Positions 14,990 through 28,925 of a stretch of DNA of 64,000 bases are shown here, one piece after another. This DNA is from Flaccisagitta enflata (taxonomy: Eukaryota). The stretch's first letter is position 1. Every line of letters starts with the position of its first letter. Both the position numbers and the translations under genes were made by a program. The notes beneath the pieces are model-generated. The model saw only the letters and a program-made list of their open reading frames with translations, did not search any database and had not been told where the DNA came from. The DNA is taken from contig OZ231126.1 in assembly GCA_965153355.1 (NCBI GenBank), positions 12,524,001-12,588,000 on the forward strand, in the 5' to 3' direction.

Positions 14990-15566
14990 CCTCACTAACT
15001 TAGAGACCATAAGAGCACAATGATCAAATCAGATTTTTTTTCTCTCTTTACAAATGGTTTTTTAGTATCATAAAATCTTTAGTATTTGCTCTCAGAGAAT
15101 AATCACTGATATTATTTGCACTTATAAAAGCATCATATTTTCTATTTGGAAGTATTTATAGTCTTTTTTTTTTATATATTGGAAAGTCGTTGAAAATTTT
15201 GGTGAATATGCAACTTTTTCCTTTACTGATTTACACTTTTGATTTTTAAAACTAGTGACTGGTCAATTTTGGATATTTTGAACATAGAATTTTCAATTTT
15301 TAGCAGTTGCATGGTAACAATTCTCGCTTTTGGTTCTTATGAACTACTGACTGGTTAATTTTCTTTGCCACGTAAATTGTAATTCGACGGAACAGCTATC
15401 ATCTCGAAGAGCAAGTCGTAAAAAGCTTGCTTCCTTTGATAGCTTAAATTTTATATTATATTAAGTAAATGAAAAATTGAATGAATAGATATTACAAAAA
15501 TATTCTATTGCTTTTATACAATAAAGAAAAGAAAAGACATTTTTCCTCAATTAGAATAAAAAAAAA

Positions 15567-15775
15567 AAAACAAGGCCGGATACACGGCTACCGAAGTCGC
15601 GTGCGGGTGGGCAGGGGTCATCTTTGAGGTCACCAGATCATTTGGTCAGGAGCAGTGAGGTCAAAGAAATAAAATCATGAAAAAAAGTAAAGTGTGACCG
15701 ACCGACCAACCGACCGACCGACCGACCAACCGACGGACAAAGCGGATTGTAGAGTCATGTGCACGCGACTAAAAA
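15567..15775 (-). mobile_element. HINE family A copy
   Basis: AAACAAGGCCGGATACACGGC ... (GACC)n ... CACGCGACTAAAAA. Confidence 0.8.
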
Positions 15776-16175
15776 CTGTTAGAATAAGCAAAAATGAATG
15801 AATTTATGAATGAGAGAGTGAATCAATTCATACAAAATCAATGAATATTACTAAAATATGATATTTTTTTCATGCATCAATAAAAATTGATGAAATAGTT
15901 ACATATTTTTTTAAAAACCTGTCAATTTCCCCCAACAGTCTATATTTGATAATTTATTAGTTTTTTTAGTAATATCTGGCTAAAAAATCAATATTTTGCA
16001 TCATTTTTTTTTGCAACGTGATCAGTATACAATGCCTCACTATAATCAACAATTGATTTGCTTCAAATCAATAATTCATTTTTTGACCCACATGACTGGA
16101 ATCTGACTGGCTGATCTTGCTCCGTGTCATAAGACAGTGTTGTGTTAAAGTAATGTTAAGTAACAGCGGGTGTGA

Positions 16176-16269
<94 letters not shown>

Positions 16270-17071
16270 AACAAAGAAATAGAGAAAGAGATGTTGAATA
16301 GAAGTGATAAAATGTTTATGACACCCATTACGCTTGACTTGAACTGTTGCTTGCAAGCGCTGGTACATCATGTTTATGTTGCCCATCCATATTGATTAGA
16401 ACACCACCGGTCTCTGAATAACACTCAATAGCTTTAATAACGTCAAGCTAACATCAAATATGTCATGTATCACAATGTAAAGTGTATTTGGAACGTGTTA
16501 TTATTCATATCTCATTCCATTAGATCTTATTTTTCATTATTCTCTAAATCGTATGGCCACCGAAAGTTTATGACTTCCATATTTTCTTTCATTTCTTTTT
16601 TCATTTAAATAGCAATTTGTTTTGACATTCTTTAACATTTCCCATTATCTTTTTATTTCTCCCCCTGTCTGCTCCCTCACACCCATTTTTCATATCCTTT
16701 AAAGCCTTTGTGTAGCTTTCTGACTTCTGTTCTTTCCAACCTTTCCTTTTCTCCCTTCTTTTTTTCCTATCATATCCTATAGTATTCTGGGCAGCGACTT
16801 CAATGGGCTGATGTCCATTTGTATGCACAGGGATCTTTTTCCTCCCTTGTCCCGCCTCTTCTCTATCCTTCATTCCGTTCCATTTCTAAATCTATCAACC
16901 TTTTCCTTACTTACCATTTCGAATTTTCATCTTTTTCCCTCCCTTTTGTTGCGTACTCGCAACTCTAAGATAGGTTTTGTCCGTCAGTTGGTCCGATGGT
17001 CCATAGGTCCATTGGTCCGACCATGGTGATGAGTCAAAAAGTGTGAAACGTGTGCAGTTAAATGCTGCAGT

Positions 17072-17165
<94 letters not shown>

Positions 17166-18045
17166 TGTTTGTGTTTGTGTGTGTGTGTATGCTTGTATAC
17201 CCCTGCCCACCCGTCCGCAACGATATTGTGACCCCGCGTCACTTGTTTCCTCCTACGGTATTCTCCTTTTCCGTACCATTACTTTCTTCCTTTTCCCCGC
17301 CCGCGCTTGCCTCACTTCCCCCCCCCCCTTCATCCTCGTCCCCCGCACGCGCTTTTCTCACTTCTCCCCCCCCCCCCCACTCCCCACCCCGCTCTTCATC
17401 CTCGTCCCCCTTCGTCGAGCTTTAATCCCGCTTTTGCCTGAATGTGCCAAATAACTGTCAAGACCACTTGGCTGTTGAGGAATAAAAAATGCTCCCACCA
17501 ATTAGGTTTATATTGAGCGAGTTTTACAGAATCTGCAACAAGGACGAATCGTGAACATGAAAGAGTTGAGGAAAAAAAATAAGTGGTGGTGAGTTTGGTA
17601 TGTTGCTGAACTATGGTGGCGGGTATAGTATGCTGCGGAATTGTAGTGGTGCGGATTTTCGGTGGCAGCCTTTGTATATAGCAGACTTGTGGTGATGGGG
17701 TTGCGATGTTGTTAAACTATGGTGGTGGGTACACTAGCGTTAGCCACTCATCTCGCAGACAAACGACGCCAAACATACAGACCAATGGATAAGCCTAATA
17801 GATAGTAATGCATAGATGCATCAAAGAATAGGAAACGATAAGAGAGAGTTTGAAAAAAAAAAACTGATATGGGAAGAGAGAGTAACAAATAGAAAGAAAG
17901 GGGGAGGCAGGGAGGGGGGCTGGTGGTGGGTGGGGGGAGAGAAAAAGAAAAAGATTTAAGCTGAAAGACGAGAAAAAGGAAAAACTACTCCCGAGGAAAT
18001 GGGAACAACGATTGAACAAGATGAAGATTTGTGTGCACCATCGCA

Positions 18046-18147
<102 letters not shown>

Positions 18148-18475
18148 AGAGACTGGGAGACTAGGAGACTGAGAGACTGAGAGACTGAGAGACTGTCAGA
18201 CCGAGAGACAGACATACAGACAGACAGATGAAAAGTAGACAGTGAATGGAAGGGACAAAGAGACAGGGAAGACCAGAAAATGAGAGACAGAGACACAAAA
18301 AGAGAGACAGTCAGACAGTCACAAAAAGACAGAGGCAGAGGTAAAGGCAGAGAGAGTAAGAGAGACTCAGAGGCAGAGACAGAGACAGAGAGAGACTGAG
18401 GAGATTTGTGTTGTCACTCTGTGTCCGTCTAAATGGTGGGGCTTAGCCGATGGAGGAAGTTGAAGGGAAAAAAGG

Positions 18476-18582
<107 letters not shown>

Positions 18583-18723
18583 AGAGAGAGAGAGAGAAGT
18601 GGGCGAAAAAAGCTTCTTAATTGTTAAGGATTAGAGAAGTGGAAAGAGGCCTGGAAGTTATGTCAGAAAGAGTGAATATTATAAAAATGAAGATGAAAGG
18701 CTAGAAAGAAATGAAGGAAAGGA

Positions 18724-18787
<64 letters not shown>

Positions 18788-18798
18788 AAAAAAGAAAG

Positions 18799-18873
<75 letters not shown>

Positions 18874-18952
18874 AAATAAGAATGCAAGAAAGCAAGAAAG
18901 CAAGGCAGAAAGAAGTAAAGAAAGCAAGAAAGAAAGAAAGGAAGAAGGAAAG

Positions 18953-19109
18953 AAAACAAGGCCGGATACACGGCCACCAGTTGCGGACGGGTGGGCAGGA
19001 GCGGAAATGAGCGTTTTCACACTTTTCGACTCGTGCTCACCGACGGACCGACCGACGGACGGACGGACGGACGGACGGACGGACGGACGGACGGACAAAG
19101 CCTCTTATA
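18953..19109 (-). mobile_element. HINE family A, left part; split by the 24-kb transposon and resuming at 43200-43229
   Basis: ...GACAAAGCCTCTTATA | 24 kb | CTTATAGAGTTGCGTGTCCGCAACTAAAAA rejoins into a continuous HINE end; compare GACAAAGCCTCTTGTAGAGTTG near 36460. Confidence 0.85.
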
Positions 19110-19171
19110 CAGAGGGAGGAATCTTAAAAACCTTTTAACAGCTTTTAACAGATTTTAACAGCTTTTAACAG
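19110..19171 (+). repeat. Left terminal inverted repeat (62 bp)
   Basis: CAGAGGGAGGAATCTTAAAAACCTTTTAACAGCTTTTAACAGATTTTAACAGCTTTTAACAG; exact reverse complement of 43138-43199. Confidence 0.97.
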
Positions 19172-19464
19172 AAAGACCCTCTTTTTTTGGGAGGGAACCT
19201 GTTAAAAACCTCCAGAATAGTGTTAAAAGTCGGGGACCTTCTTTATTTCAAGAAGCGCTTAAAAACTGTTAAAAACAGCTTATGTTAAAAACTTGCCCCG
19301 TTAAAATCCTTGTTATAAATACATGTTAAAAATCTGTGTTAAAAACACTGGTGAAAAAATCTATTTTTGTTAAAAACTTGCTCTTACTAATTCCGAAATC
19401 TTCTTAGTCTTTGTTAAATTCATAGTTAAAATCCTTGATTTTTGTAAAAACTCAAGTAAAAGGC

Positions 19465-19611
19465 CATGTTAAAATCCTTGTTAAAATCCTTGTTAAAATC
19501 CTTGTTAAAATCCTTGTTAAAATCCTTGTCAAAATCCTTGTTAAAATTCCTTGTTAAAATTCCTTGTTAAAATTCATGTTAAAATCCTTGTTAAAATCCT
19601 TGTTAAAATCC
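19465..19611. repeat. Left subterminal array, 12-13-bp unit TTGTTAAAATCC, about 12 copies
   Basis: Direct tandem copies; further dispersed TGTTAAAA motifs lie between about 19200 and 20125. Confidence 0.9.
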
Positions 19612-21464
19612 GTTCCCTAACCTTTTTTGGGTGTTTAGAATCATTGCACTACAAATTTTCTTTGATCCTTCTTTGGTGAAAGCATCTTCAATTGCCAAGA
19701 TTCTTGTTAAGACATCTTGTTTCAGATATAAAAAAAAATCCATTTTATATTTTTCTTACTAAAACTATTAAGATCATTAAAAGTTCTCTAACAAAAAAAA
19801 GAGTCCTCCTTTTAAAAAAAGGTCTGTTAAATTGGTGTAAAAAATTTCCGTTAAAACCTACGTTGAAAGCTTATGTAAAAAGCTAAAGCAAAATTTGTTT
19901 TTTTTTTTGCTAAACAAAGCTGGCCCGTTTAAAAGTCAAACTCGGTGTAACCCAAATAAACTTACAATAATATTTTTAGACCCCAGCTCAATTTTAATGC
20001 GTGGTCCATGTAGAAAAAAACAGACCCAAGGGCAACAGTCTCGCACATTTGGGAAGTTGGTCAGGGGCAGTACTAAAACACACACAAACAAAACCTACTT
20101 AAAACCCTATAAACACCTTGTTAAAACCGTTGACTCATAGAATAGTTAGATCACATCTCCAACGCATGTTCTGAGCTAGTCGATCTATCGACTTCAGCCA
20201 CTAGCCACAATTTAATCATCAAGCGCAACCTTCAGATGTTAGATTTTACAATTTACATTCTTTCTGAGTGCGTGTTTCAGGAAAAATTCCATTAGTTAAA
20301 GGACTTTGGTTCTAGAGCCTACCATCATCATCATTTTCTTCATTTTGTTAGTGCTAGCGTTAGGGAACATGTCTGATTACTCCTTTGGTTAGGTTTTGGT
20401 TGATTCATGATCTTAGGATTGTTTTTGAGAGCAAAGTCAGTGAATTCAGCCTTTGTTGTCAGTCCCATTTGTCGCGATTGAGGCTAATCTGAGTTTGCTA
20501 GTTCTCATGTCTAAACACTACGCTCTCTTGTCAGTCTATCAGTGTTCCCATTATCCTTGTTGAGGGGTTGACTAGGTACATTTTACATTGGTCAGATTAG
20601 TTTGTTTTGTTGGTGTTTATTGGTTAGGCAGGCTTGTTAAGGAACCACATATGCGCGTGGTTCAAAAAGATTTCCACTTTTTCACTTTTTAAGTCACCAT
20701 ATGTGTCGAGTGATGTTATATCTGGGCCTCAATTGTCAGGTTGCTCTCACGCTCTTTGTGTTTTTTCTTTTGTTGCAAAACCAAAATCTGGATGTTTAAG
20801 CATTACCTTTTTTATCACACAAAATCATAAAATGATTACTCGATTTACGCCAACATCTTCAGACTCCTCCTACACTTCCTTTGCATAGTCCTTCCAAAAA
20901 AAGTCAATGAACTGAATCTATAAAATTAAGCAAAACCTATGGCTATTGGTTGAATTGATAGATGGACTACATATCGTCGTGCTCTGGGCTGTTTTAACAA
21001 ACAGAAAAAAGAAACGCGTTTTAGATTTGGCAATTTCACAATTTACATCAATGACTTTTCTCCTTATAGGTCCTCAGAACGAACCAAAGACTCGTTTAAC
21101 AAACCAAGAAGTAATCGCCCAAGTCAAATTTTGGTACTTGGAAACTCTCCAGGGTCAATTTCAACCCTTATTTTGCCAGTCTAGTGGTGCATGTACGCCT
21201 CTGTTGGACAGTCTTTAAACGTTCAGCACTGACTGTTAGCCCGAGCAAGAATCACTTCAGAACTAATGGCTGATATGACTTAGGAATGCTATCTGATTTC
21301 CCGAACTCTTGCATGTTGCAATTTCTTGTGAATCTTACTGTCAATGAAAATATAATAACCCAGTATTAGACTTTCACTAACTGAAAGTTGTTTGTCCCTG
21401 CAGATAGAGAACATCCAAAATCCTTTTGTTATTCTAGACTCACGCGGCATATACCCTCGTCATT

Positions 21465-24400
21465 ATGTCTGGTACCCTGAATTCCAAGCATTTCTTAAGG
21501 AATCAGCTTGTTTACGTTCATCTTGATGGGAAATGGCGTCAAGGCATTGCCATGGAGCCATCCGTGGACCACACATCGTACAACGTCAAGTGGAAGCATC
21601 CAGGAAAAGAAGAGAGAAAGAAAAAGCGCGTGATGAGGTTCGTACTTATTTGGTGGTTACTATATTCATGGAGAAGTCCTTGAGGGATGTGATCATTTTT
21701 GGCTTGAACTGTTAATTCCAACTGCTTTATAATTGGGCCAGCAAATGCGCCAATGTGTGCGCAGGGTGGATAGTCGAACAAATGCGTGACAGACCTACCA
21801 ACCAACAGATACAGCCTCTTATTGATGTGCGTCGGTGCACATAAACGACTGATCTTGATGTCTGGTGATTTGATAGCATGCGTGCATGAAGAACGATTAT
21901 GATTTGCTGATTTGTGGTAGGCGTTTGTTAATTTGCCATGCCATAACATGCATTTTTAGTCGCGGACACGCGACTCTACACCTTGCCGTGTCGGTCGGTC
22001 GGTAGGTCCGTCCGTCCGTCCGTCCGTCCGTCACATTGTTGAATTCCGGGCGGTTTTCACTTTACTGCTCCTGCCCAACTGTCCGCGACTGTCCTGCCGT
22101 GTATCCGGCCTTGTTTCTACAGCAAAGATATTCAAGTCCAAATGCCCGAAGGTACAATATTTTCTTTACACCCTATCATATTCATAAGAACTTTGGTATA
22201 TCTCTGATGTTAAGGAGAAACAGTTAAACCTCGCAATAACAGATGCCAAGGGACCAAAAAACTTGTTCAGTCAAAGTTTGATTTATCTTATTGTTAGTAT
22301 AGAAAAAAATTTCATGAAGAGATCAAAACTTTTTTCTTACTCATAATAAGTATATACATAATAACTTACATAATTTCAGTGGATTCACATTACTCTCGGA
22401 TCTGTTATACCGGGGTACAATTATTCCTTCAATAGCAGTCGTTAAAGCTGTTTTGAAAAAAAAATTCTTACAGTTCCTTTTTTTTCTTAGATTGTGATTC
22501 AAAGAATCCAGGATAACTGTTTTCTCAGGCTTGGATATAGTTGCATATTTCTCCCGCAGGCCTGGGGGGTGGGGGGAAGAAAAATAACAAAGAAAATGAA
22601 AATGAAGAAAAAAATCAAATGGTAAAAAATTATAAAAAAGAAAAATACAGTAGCTTTTTTATGTATGTCAGTACTAAAAAGTATTATTTACTGCAACACG
22701 AAATCACACTCTTAAAACAAAAGTTATTACTCCATAGGGGGTATGTGGGGATAAATCCATTAGTTTGACCACGTAGGGAAGAAAATCAAAAGATCAGGGG
22801 GTGGGGAATGAAATCCGAAGTCATGCAACTATATACACCCCTGCACTTTTTATATGCCGTACTGATTGTTACCCCGTTGGGCTTGTTGAAGCAAGAGTCA
22901 ATGTGACTGAAATTGTTTTTTTTTTTCATCCTCGATTCTGTAGTTTCATCATCGTGTTCAAAACATGATGTAATACTGTCAAGAAGAACCTTCTTAATGT
23001 AGCATTTTTAATATTTTATTCAACCGTTTTGCTTATTTCATCTTAGACTATCAGGCGGAGGTAGCTGCATCCGTGGAAAATCATTCGCCGCCATCGATTC
23101 CGCGCTCAGTTGATCAGAATCATCCGGCTGTGCGTGCTGAAGCGGAGTCAAATGCAAGAGGCCAGGCATCCGGACATGTCGACCCTTGCCAAAGTCAAGG
23201 TAGATGTTGTATTTGTTGGAGCACTCATATTCAAAACAAGGCGGGTGGTTAGGGGCAGTGATAGTGATTGGGGCAGCTGATTTCATCATTAGCATTTGAA
23301 ATTACAAAAAAATCTGTATTTTCTCCGCCCTCCCATCCGCAGTGTTATGGCATTTCTGGGTGATTGTTCAGTACCACAGAACGATGGAAAAACATAGATA
23401 CACCAATGCAATGTTGCATGTCTGCAGCTAGAAACCGTTGATGGATGATATAAATAAGCAATTTGATAACTCAGTACCAAACTACTTAAATATGCTATCC
23501 TCCTTTTACTCTACAGCCAGAAAGGTCGGTCCTCTTGGACTCTCTCAAGATAAAGAAGAAGAAGTGCCTATCATTCCTAACCCCAAAAGGCGGAGAGTCA
23601 AGAACCAATCTCTATTCCCGGAGACTCCGGATTTTGTTGGAGATGAAACTTTCGAGGCAACTGTTCTCGCCGAAGACTCTCAAGTCGATGATTTTGCAGG
23701 TAATAATTGATCCCTACCCTAAACTGATGTCATATTGAAAAGCTCTTCTCAAAGTTTTTGATTACATTCAACATCCAGCATGGCCGGATACATGGCAATC
23801 CAGTCGCAATTTCAAAAGTATTTCAGACAGACTGACGGACTGACCAACCGACACGGCAAGGTTTAGTCGCGTGTTTGCTACTAAAAATTTCAAAAGCATT
23901 GAAAATGCGCTTATCTATGTGTTCCTCAATATATCTATGTAGGTGACTCTGTCGGCGCCACCAGTAACATGGCAGGTACAACCACAGATGACGCCGCTAT
24001 TGCTGGTTTGAACGCTGATTCGACTGCAAAAGGATCAAATGCCAAGGACAATACCACCGTTGACGGCACTAACGGCGTTGCTACTTCCTACCCTCTGGAG
24101 GCTAATGCCGAGGGCGTTGCAGATGTTGATTCTTCCGCCAATTTGGAGGAAGATAACAACGCCGCCAATACCGAGACCAACAGCAACAGAGATATCAACG
24201 CCGCTTCTGGTACCGCCCGAGATGATGGTACCGCTGCTGACGCCACGGCTCCACCAACTTCTGCCCAGGATGATGCGCCTGATGCCCCGGCTGCTGGTGC
24301 CCCGGCTGCTGGTGGCCCGGCTGCGGGTGCCCCGGCCGCTGATGCCCCGGCCGCTGATGCCCCGGCTGCTGGTAATTTTGAATTCCATTTTTAGTCGCTT

Positions 24401-26469
24401 GCAAAAGTCTCATTTAGAGGGCGTGTTCATGTAATTATATTCTTATCTGTCACCATATCCTTCCGACGCGGATCTCTTTAAGACAGATTTGTGTTGTCTT
24501 TGTCTGGAATTCGACATTTGAAAACCTTTTTCAATTTCAGAGAATGAGATTTGGGACGGGACTTCGCGTTGGGAGATGCCTGCTAACTACAGCGAGCTGG
24601 ATCCAGACGTGGAAAAGAAAAGAGAGGTAAATTTCTCTTGAATTGTGTTCAGGGGGAGTGAACACAAGGCTGGATACACGGCTACCTAAGTTGCGTGCTG
24701 GTGGGCAGGGCAGGGGTAGGCTGCAACGTATTTGTACACTGATAAAGTAAAAAATCGCAATTTGATAAACAGACCGACACTGAAAATTGGCACTTCCTGG
24801 GGATTGATTGAATCATAGCGTTTTCTGACATGCATGACTTGTATTGTTTTCGCAGGCGATTCGCAACAAAGTTGGTTCAGCCGTGATTGAAAGTCTCAAT
24901 GAGGAAGCAACCAGAACTATGGTCAGATCCATCTTGGCTAAGAGTACCGGAGGATGGACACAAGTCCAGCTGGGAAAGTTTTTAGGTAAGCAAAGTTCTT
25001 TATTTTCGAATGCAACCGAGAGATTTGCAGAAACATTACTTCAGGGGATTGCCCCAGCCTACAAGTGAGTTTTTCCCAGTTGTCAATCCTGTATCCTATA
25101 TAGAATCGTAGAATCATTAGAATGTGGGAAATATTCTTACAATGTCATAAGATTTCATTGACTCTATTATACAGTAGATCTCGTCTAGACTTGAGATAAT
25201 GGGGGCAAGCATTGTGAAAAGATGAATGAAGGTAGGGGAGTGATATTTGAATCCTAGACTAATCACAGGATGCTTAATTCCCCATGATAGCTGGTTGCTA
25301 CGGAAACACTTTTCCATGTATTCTCGCTGAAATATCAATATTTTGAGAGATTTTTTAGGGAACATTGTTTAAAATCAAATTTGCGACAACTTTCCCACAG
25401 TATGTTCTGTAAGAATGTCGCTCATTTGGCTGTTGCTAGGGAGCGTATCCATGTGTGACAACCATTAGCAACAGATAAACGAGCGACATTCTTACAGAAC
25501 AAACTGTGGGAAAGTTTTAGCAAATTTGATTTTAAAAAATGTTCTCTCAAAAAATTTCTCAAAATATTGATATTTTAGCAAAAATACATAGAAATGTGTT
25601 TATTTAGCAACCCGATTTCATAGGCAATAAAGCATCCCTTTATTAGTCTATGTTTCAAATATTATTCCCCTGGCTTTATTTTTTTTCTACAATGCTTGCC
25701 TCCGTTATCTCGAGTCTAGACAAGATCTACTGTATAAGCTGATATTGCATTTTCTGCCGCCAATACAAGAATGAAAGGCTTTGTCCGTCGGTTGGTCGGT
25801 GTTGCGGTTGTTTGACAATCATGGCCTACTTAGCTTTGCGATATATTTCATTCCATTAGCTTAAAAACTTCACTGTGCTGTTTTTTTCCTGTTCAGCTCG
25901 ATCGGCGTCGATCCTCTCCAATTATCTGAACACTGACCCTGATGTCCGAAAGAAAGTTATTCCTGACACGCAAAAGATCATCGCAGAGGACCTGAAAATC
26001 TTTTTGACCTTCATCGCCAAGGAAGGCATTCTCCCAGAGATTGCAACCCGGAAGCCATTAAGGGTGAGTAAACAAGGCTGTTGGTTCGGGTCTGTTTTGT
26101 TGAAAATATATTACTAAAGAAAAGTAAGATCGACAAACTAACCAACTGATAGCTTGTAAGTGCGTGTAGACTGCTTAGAATATTTAGAATAGATCAACTC
26201 AGTGAAATACTCCAAATATTCCTTAACAGAAACCTCACGTCAGGAAGAAGACGAAGCATCCAGGCATTTCAGCGGAAAAGAAAAGGCTGATCCTACGGGC
26301 CTTCACCGACGCCGTCTCGCGCGCAAAGGCTGAAAAACCCGATCTTTCGGAAGTCGAGGAGGAAGGCGTGATTAAAGATTCCATGAAAAAGCTTTCCGAT
26401 TATCATGGCATTGAAATTGCCAAGATTCAGGACTTTTACCGTAATCATAAGAAGTTTGGAACCCAGTAA
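21465..26469 (+). CDS. Transposon accessory gene A, 529 aa: Tudor-like domain, acidic low-complexity linker, lambda-repressor/XRE-type HTH, homeodomain-like C-terminus
   Basis: Nine GT-AG exons with compatible phases: 21465-21637, 22123-22151, 23047-23199, 23517-23699, 23943-24371, 24541-24626, 24856-24985, 25897-26063, 26230-26469 (1590 nt, open to TAA). Motifs: VYVHLDGKWRQG..YNVKW..VMSKDI; WTQVQLGKFLARSASILSNYLN; MKKLSDYHGIEIAKIQDFYRNHKK. Upstream exons cannot be excluded. Confidence 0.75.
21954..22116 (+). mobile_element. HINE family A copy in intron 1 of gene A
   Basis: TTTTAGTCGCGGACACGCGACT ... (GTCC)n ... GCCGTGTATCCGGCCTTGTTT. Confidence 0.8.
25172..25732. mobile_element. Palindromic Tc1/mariner/pogo-type MITE (TA TSD) in intron 7 of gene A
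   Basis: TA-CAGTAGATCTCGTCTAGACTTGAGATAA ... TTATCTCGAGTCTAGACAAGATCTACTG-TA; arms complementary towards the centre. Confidence 0.8.
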
Positions 26470-26486
26470 TTGGCACCGGTGCCTTA

Positions 26487-27129
26487 TAGACCAGGTTGTT
26501 GAAGAAAGGACTCGGCTTTTCTGGAACAAAGGTTGAAAATTTGCATACAAGTATTTAAAGTGTTGTAGATCATAATAATGATAGATGCAGGTCAAAAAAA
26601 TTTGAGCACCTATCTTTAAAAATTGTTTAAAATTTTTAAAATCATGCCATCGCCAAACCGCTTGAGTGAGGGCAATGAAATTTTATGAGCTAAAAAATAT
26701 GTATTTCGTACGTATGCACACCAAATTTCAGCTCGCTAGCTTTATTAGAAGCAGAGATATAGCCGATTTACTTTTGTATACAAAAACTGCATTTGTTTGG
26801 AAAACGGGTATTTTGAAGATAAATGCACCCCAAAGTAAATCGGCTATATTTCCGCTTCTAATATAGCTAGAGAGCTGAAATTTGCTATGAACATGTATAA
26901 AACACATTTTTGTTTGCTCATGAAATTTTATTGCCCTGAGGCAGACAGTTTGGCGGTTTCATCGTTTTGAAAATTTTAGATGAATTTTTAAGATAGATGC
27001 TCAAATTTTTTTGACCTGCACCTATCATTATCATGATCTACATATCTTTAAATACTTGTAGGCAAATTTTCAAGCTTAGTTCCGGAAGAGCCGAGTTTGC
27101 TCCATTTCATGCATCAACAGACTGGACTA
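26487..27129. mobile_element. Palindromic MITE with TAG...CTA termini and 3-bp TSD (Academ-like)
   Basis: TTA-TAGACCAGG ... ACTGGACTA-TTA; long complementary arms (e.g. TGAAAATTTGCATACAAGTATTTAAAG / CTTTAAATACTTGTAGGCAAATTTTCA). Confidence 0.7.
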
Positions 27130-27427
27130 TTAAGCAAAAGCTGTCTTCCCTCGTTTTCATTGGATTGAGTTTAATAGAACTGGATGATTTTGAAAAGCCA
27201 TGATGCTCTATCTCATTATTGCTAAAAATGGCCAAATGTGTCATGGCCAGTTCTTTTTTCGTAGAATTGCGAATGCATGCGCAGCTAGATAGATATCTTT
27301 GTTAGCATTTTTATTTTTACTCTTTTTTTCTCACTTTCCGCTAAACTCTGTCATGTTGTCGTTATTATCGGGAAAAAAGTCGAAGTCAGTCTTCGATTTT
27401 GACATATTCGAGAGAAACATGGTTTTC

Positions 27428-27743
27428 ATTTTTTAAGTGCGTCCTCGCACTTCTATAAGAGGTCATGTCCGTTGGTTGGTCGGTCGGTCGGTCGGTCGGT
27501 TGGTCGGTCGGTCGGTTGGTAACGCAATCGTTTAAATCGCTCAAAACGGCCAATTCTTCATTACTATCACTTCTCATGCCTCACCACGCTCATTTTCATT
27601 CTTTTATTCATTCATTTATTCATTCATTCATTCATTCATTCATTCATTCATTCATTCATTCATTCATTCATTCATTCAAAACGTTCAACCACAAATTCTT
27701 AATCAAGCGAGGCGCACTTATTGGCCATAACTTGGCCTTGTTC
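27428..27743 (+). mobile_element. HINE-like element with GTCG and CATT tracts
   Basis: TTTTAAGTGCGTCCTCGC start, subterminal GCGAGGCGCACTTA, 3' hairpin GGCCATAACTTGGCC, CTTGTT end. Confidence 0.65.
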
Positions 27744-27899
27744 ATGAGAAAGTCGAGTATCGCATCTGGGCGAATGTGGCCTCAAATGAAATTGATAGGA
27801 GTAAGAACATATGATAATTCTCTTTCATTTAGCGCCAAGCAGAACAAAAATTTTAAAGATTTTTAGTTGCAGGCACGCGACTCTACACCTTGCCGCTTG

Positions 27900-28610
27900 T
27901 TTGTTGTTCGGCAGGTCCCTCGGCTGGTTGGGTGGTAGGCTGGTTTGACAAGATAGTGTGCATGTGTTGAGTTCTTCCATTTAGAAACTCCATACCAAGT
28001 TTCAATCAAATTGTTTGAAAAATTTCAAAGTTATGCAAGTTTTTCAGTTTTAGGCTGATAGGCTAGTTGGGTGGTACGCTGGTTTGCTCGGTTAGCATGT
28101 GAATTGCTGGTTGGGTGGTAGGCTGGTTTGACAAGATAGTGTGCATGTGTTGAGTTCTTCCATTTAGAAACTCCATACCAAGTTTCAATCAAATTGATTG
28201 AAAAATTTCAAAGTTATGCAAGTTTTTCAGTTTTAGGCTGATAGGCTAGTTGGGTGATACGCTGGTTTGCTCGGTTAGCATGTGAATTGCATACATGTGT
28301 TAAGTCCCTCTATTTTGAAACTACATATTAACCAAATCGGTTAAAAAATGCTATAGTTACGCATGTTTTTTTACTTTTAGGCTGGTTGGGCTGGTTGGGA
28401 TGGTCGGATCAAACAAATCAGATAGGATGTAAAACGCCTTACCCTAGTGCTACTTCCCACCAAATATCAACCACATTAGTAAAAAAACATAAAAGTTATC
28501 CATATTTTAAAATCCATGACAACAACAACACCCACCCGCCTTGAATTATAAAAAAATTGCACTGGCTGAGGATGAAAGCTTCGTACAAAGTGACCAATGC
28601 TTACGACTTT
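27900..28610 (+). mobile_element. Dispersed element with internal tandem repeats of about 150-180 bp (probably HINE-type)
   Basis: 27923-28105 is repeated almost exactly at 28106-28288; a homologous copy lies inverted at 32705-33920. Confidence 0.6.
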
Positions 28611-28925
28611 ATTCCACACGGCAATTACTGCCATTACTGGTAGGAGTTATGTTGATCAGCTTATCTTTTTTCAGTGACAGTACGTTACTACATCGTTATA
28701 TTAGCTCTAGTGCTTTTAAGCCATCTTTTGCGACGGTCTTCTTAAGAGTGACTTCGTCATCAAAGTGATTCCCGTTATTCGGCAGTAACTCTTCGTGTTT
28801 CTTCCTAAAGCAGAGCCTTGCATCGTTCTTCGGCGTGGCAAAATCTCATCGGCAGAATCGTCGTTTAGCAGGGCGTCTTCGAGTATCACATCTTAAATCT
28901 TATATTAAGCGTTCCAGTTGGCTTA

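Noticed and set aside
22526-22843. hAT-like MITE (CAGG..ATATAGTTGCAT inverted ends)
   Set aside because: The inverted ends are degenerate and no TSD is visible; not listed as a feature.
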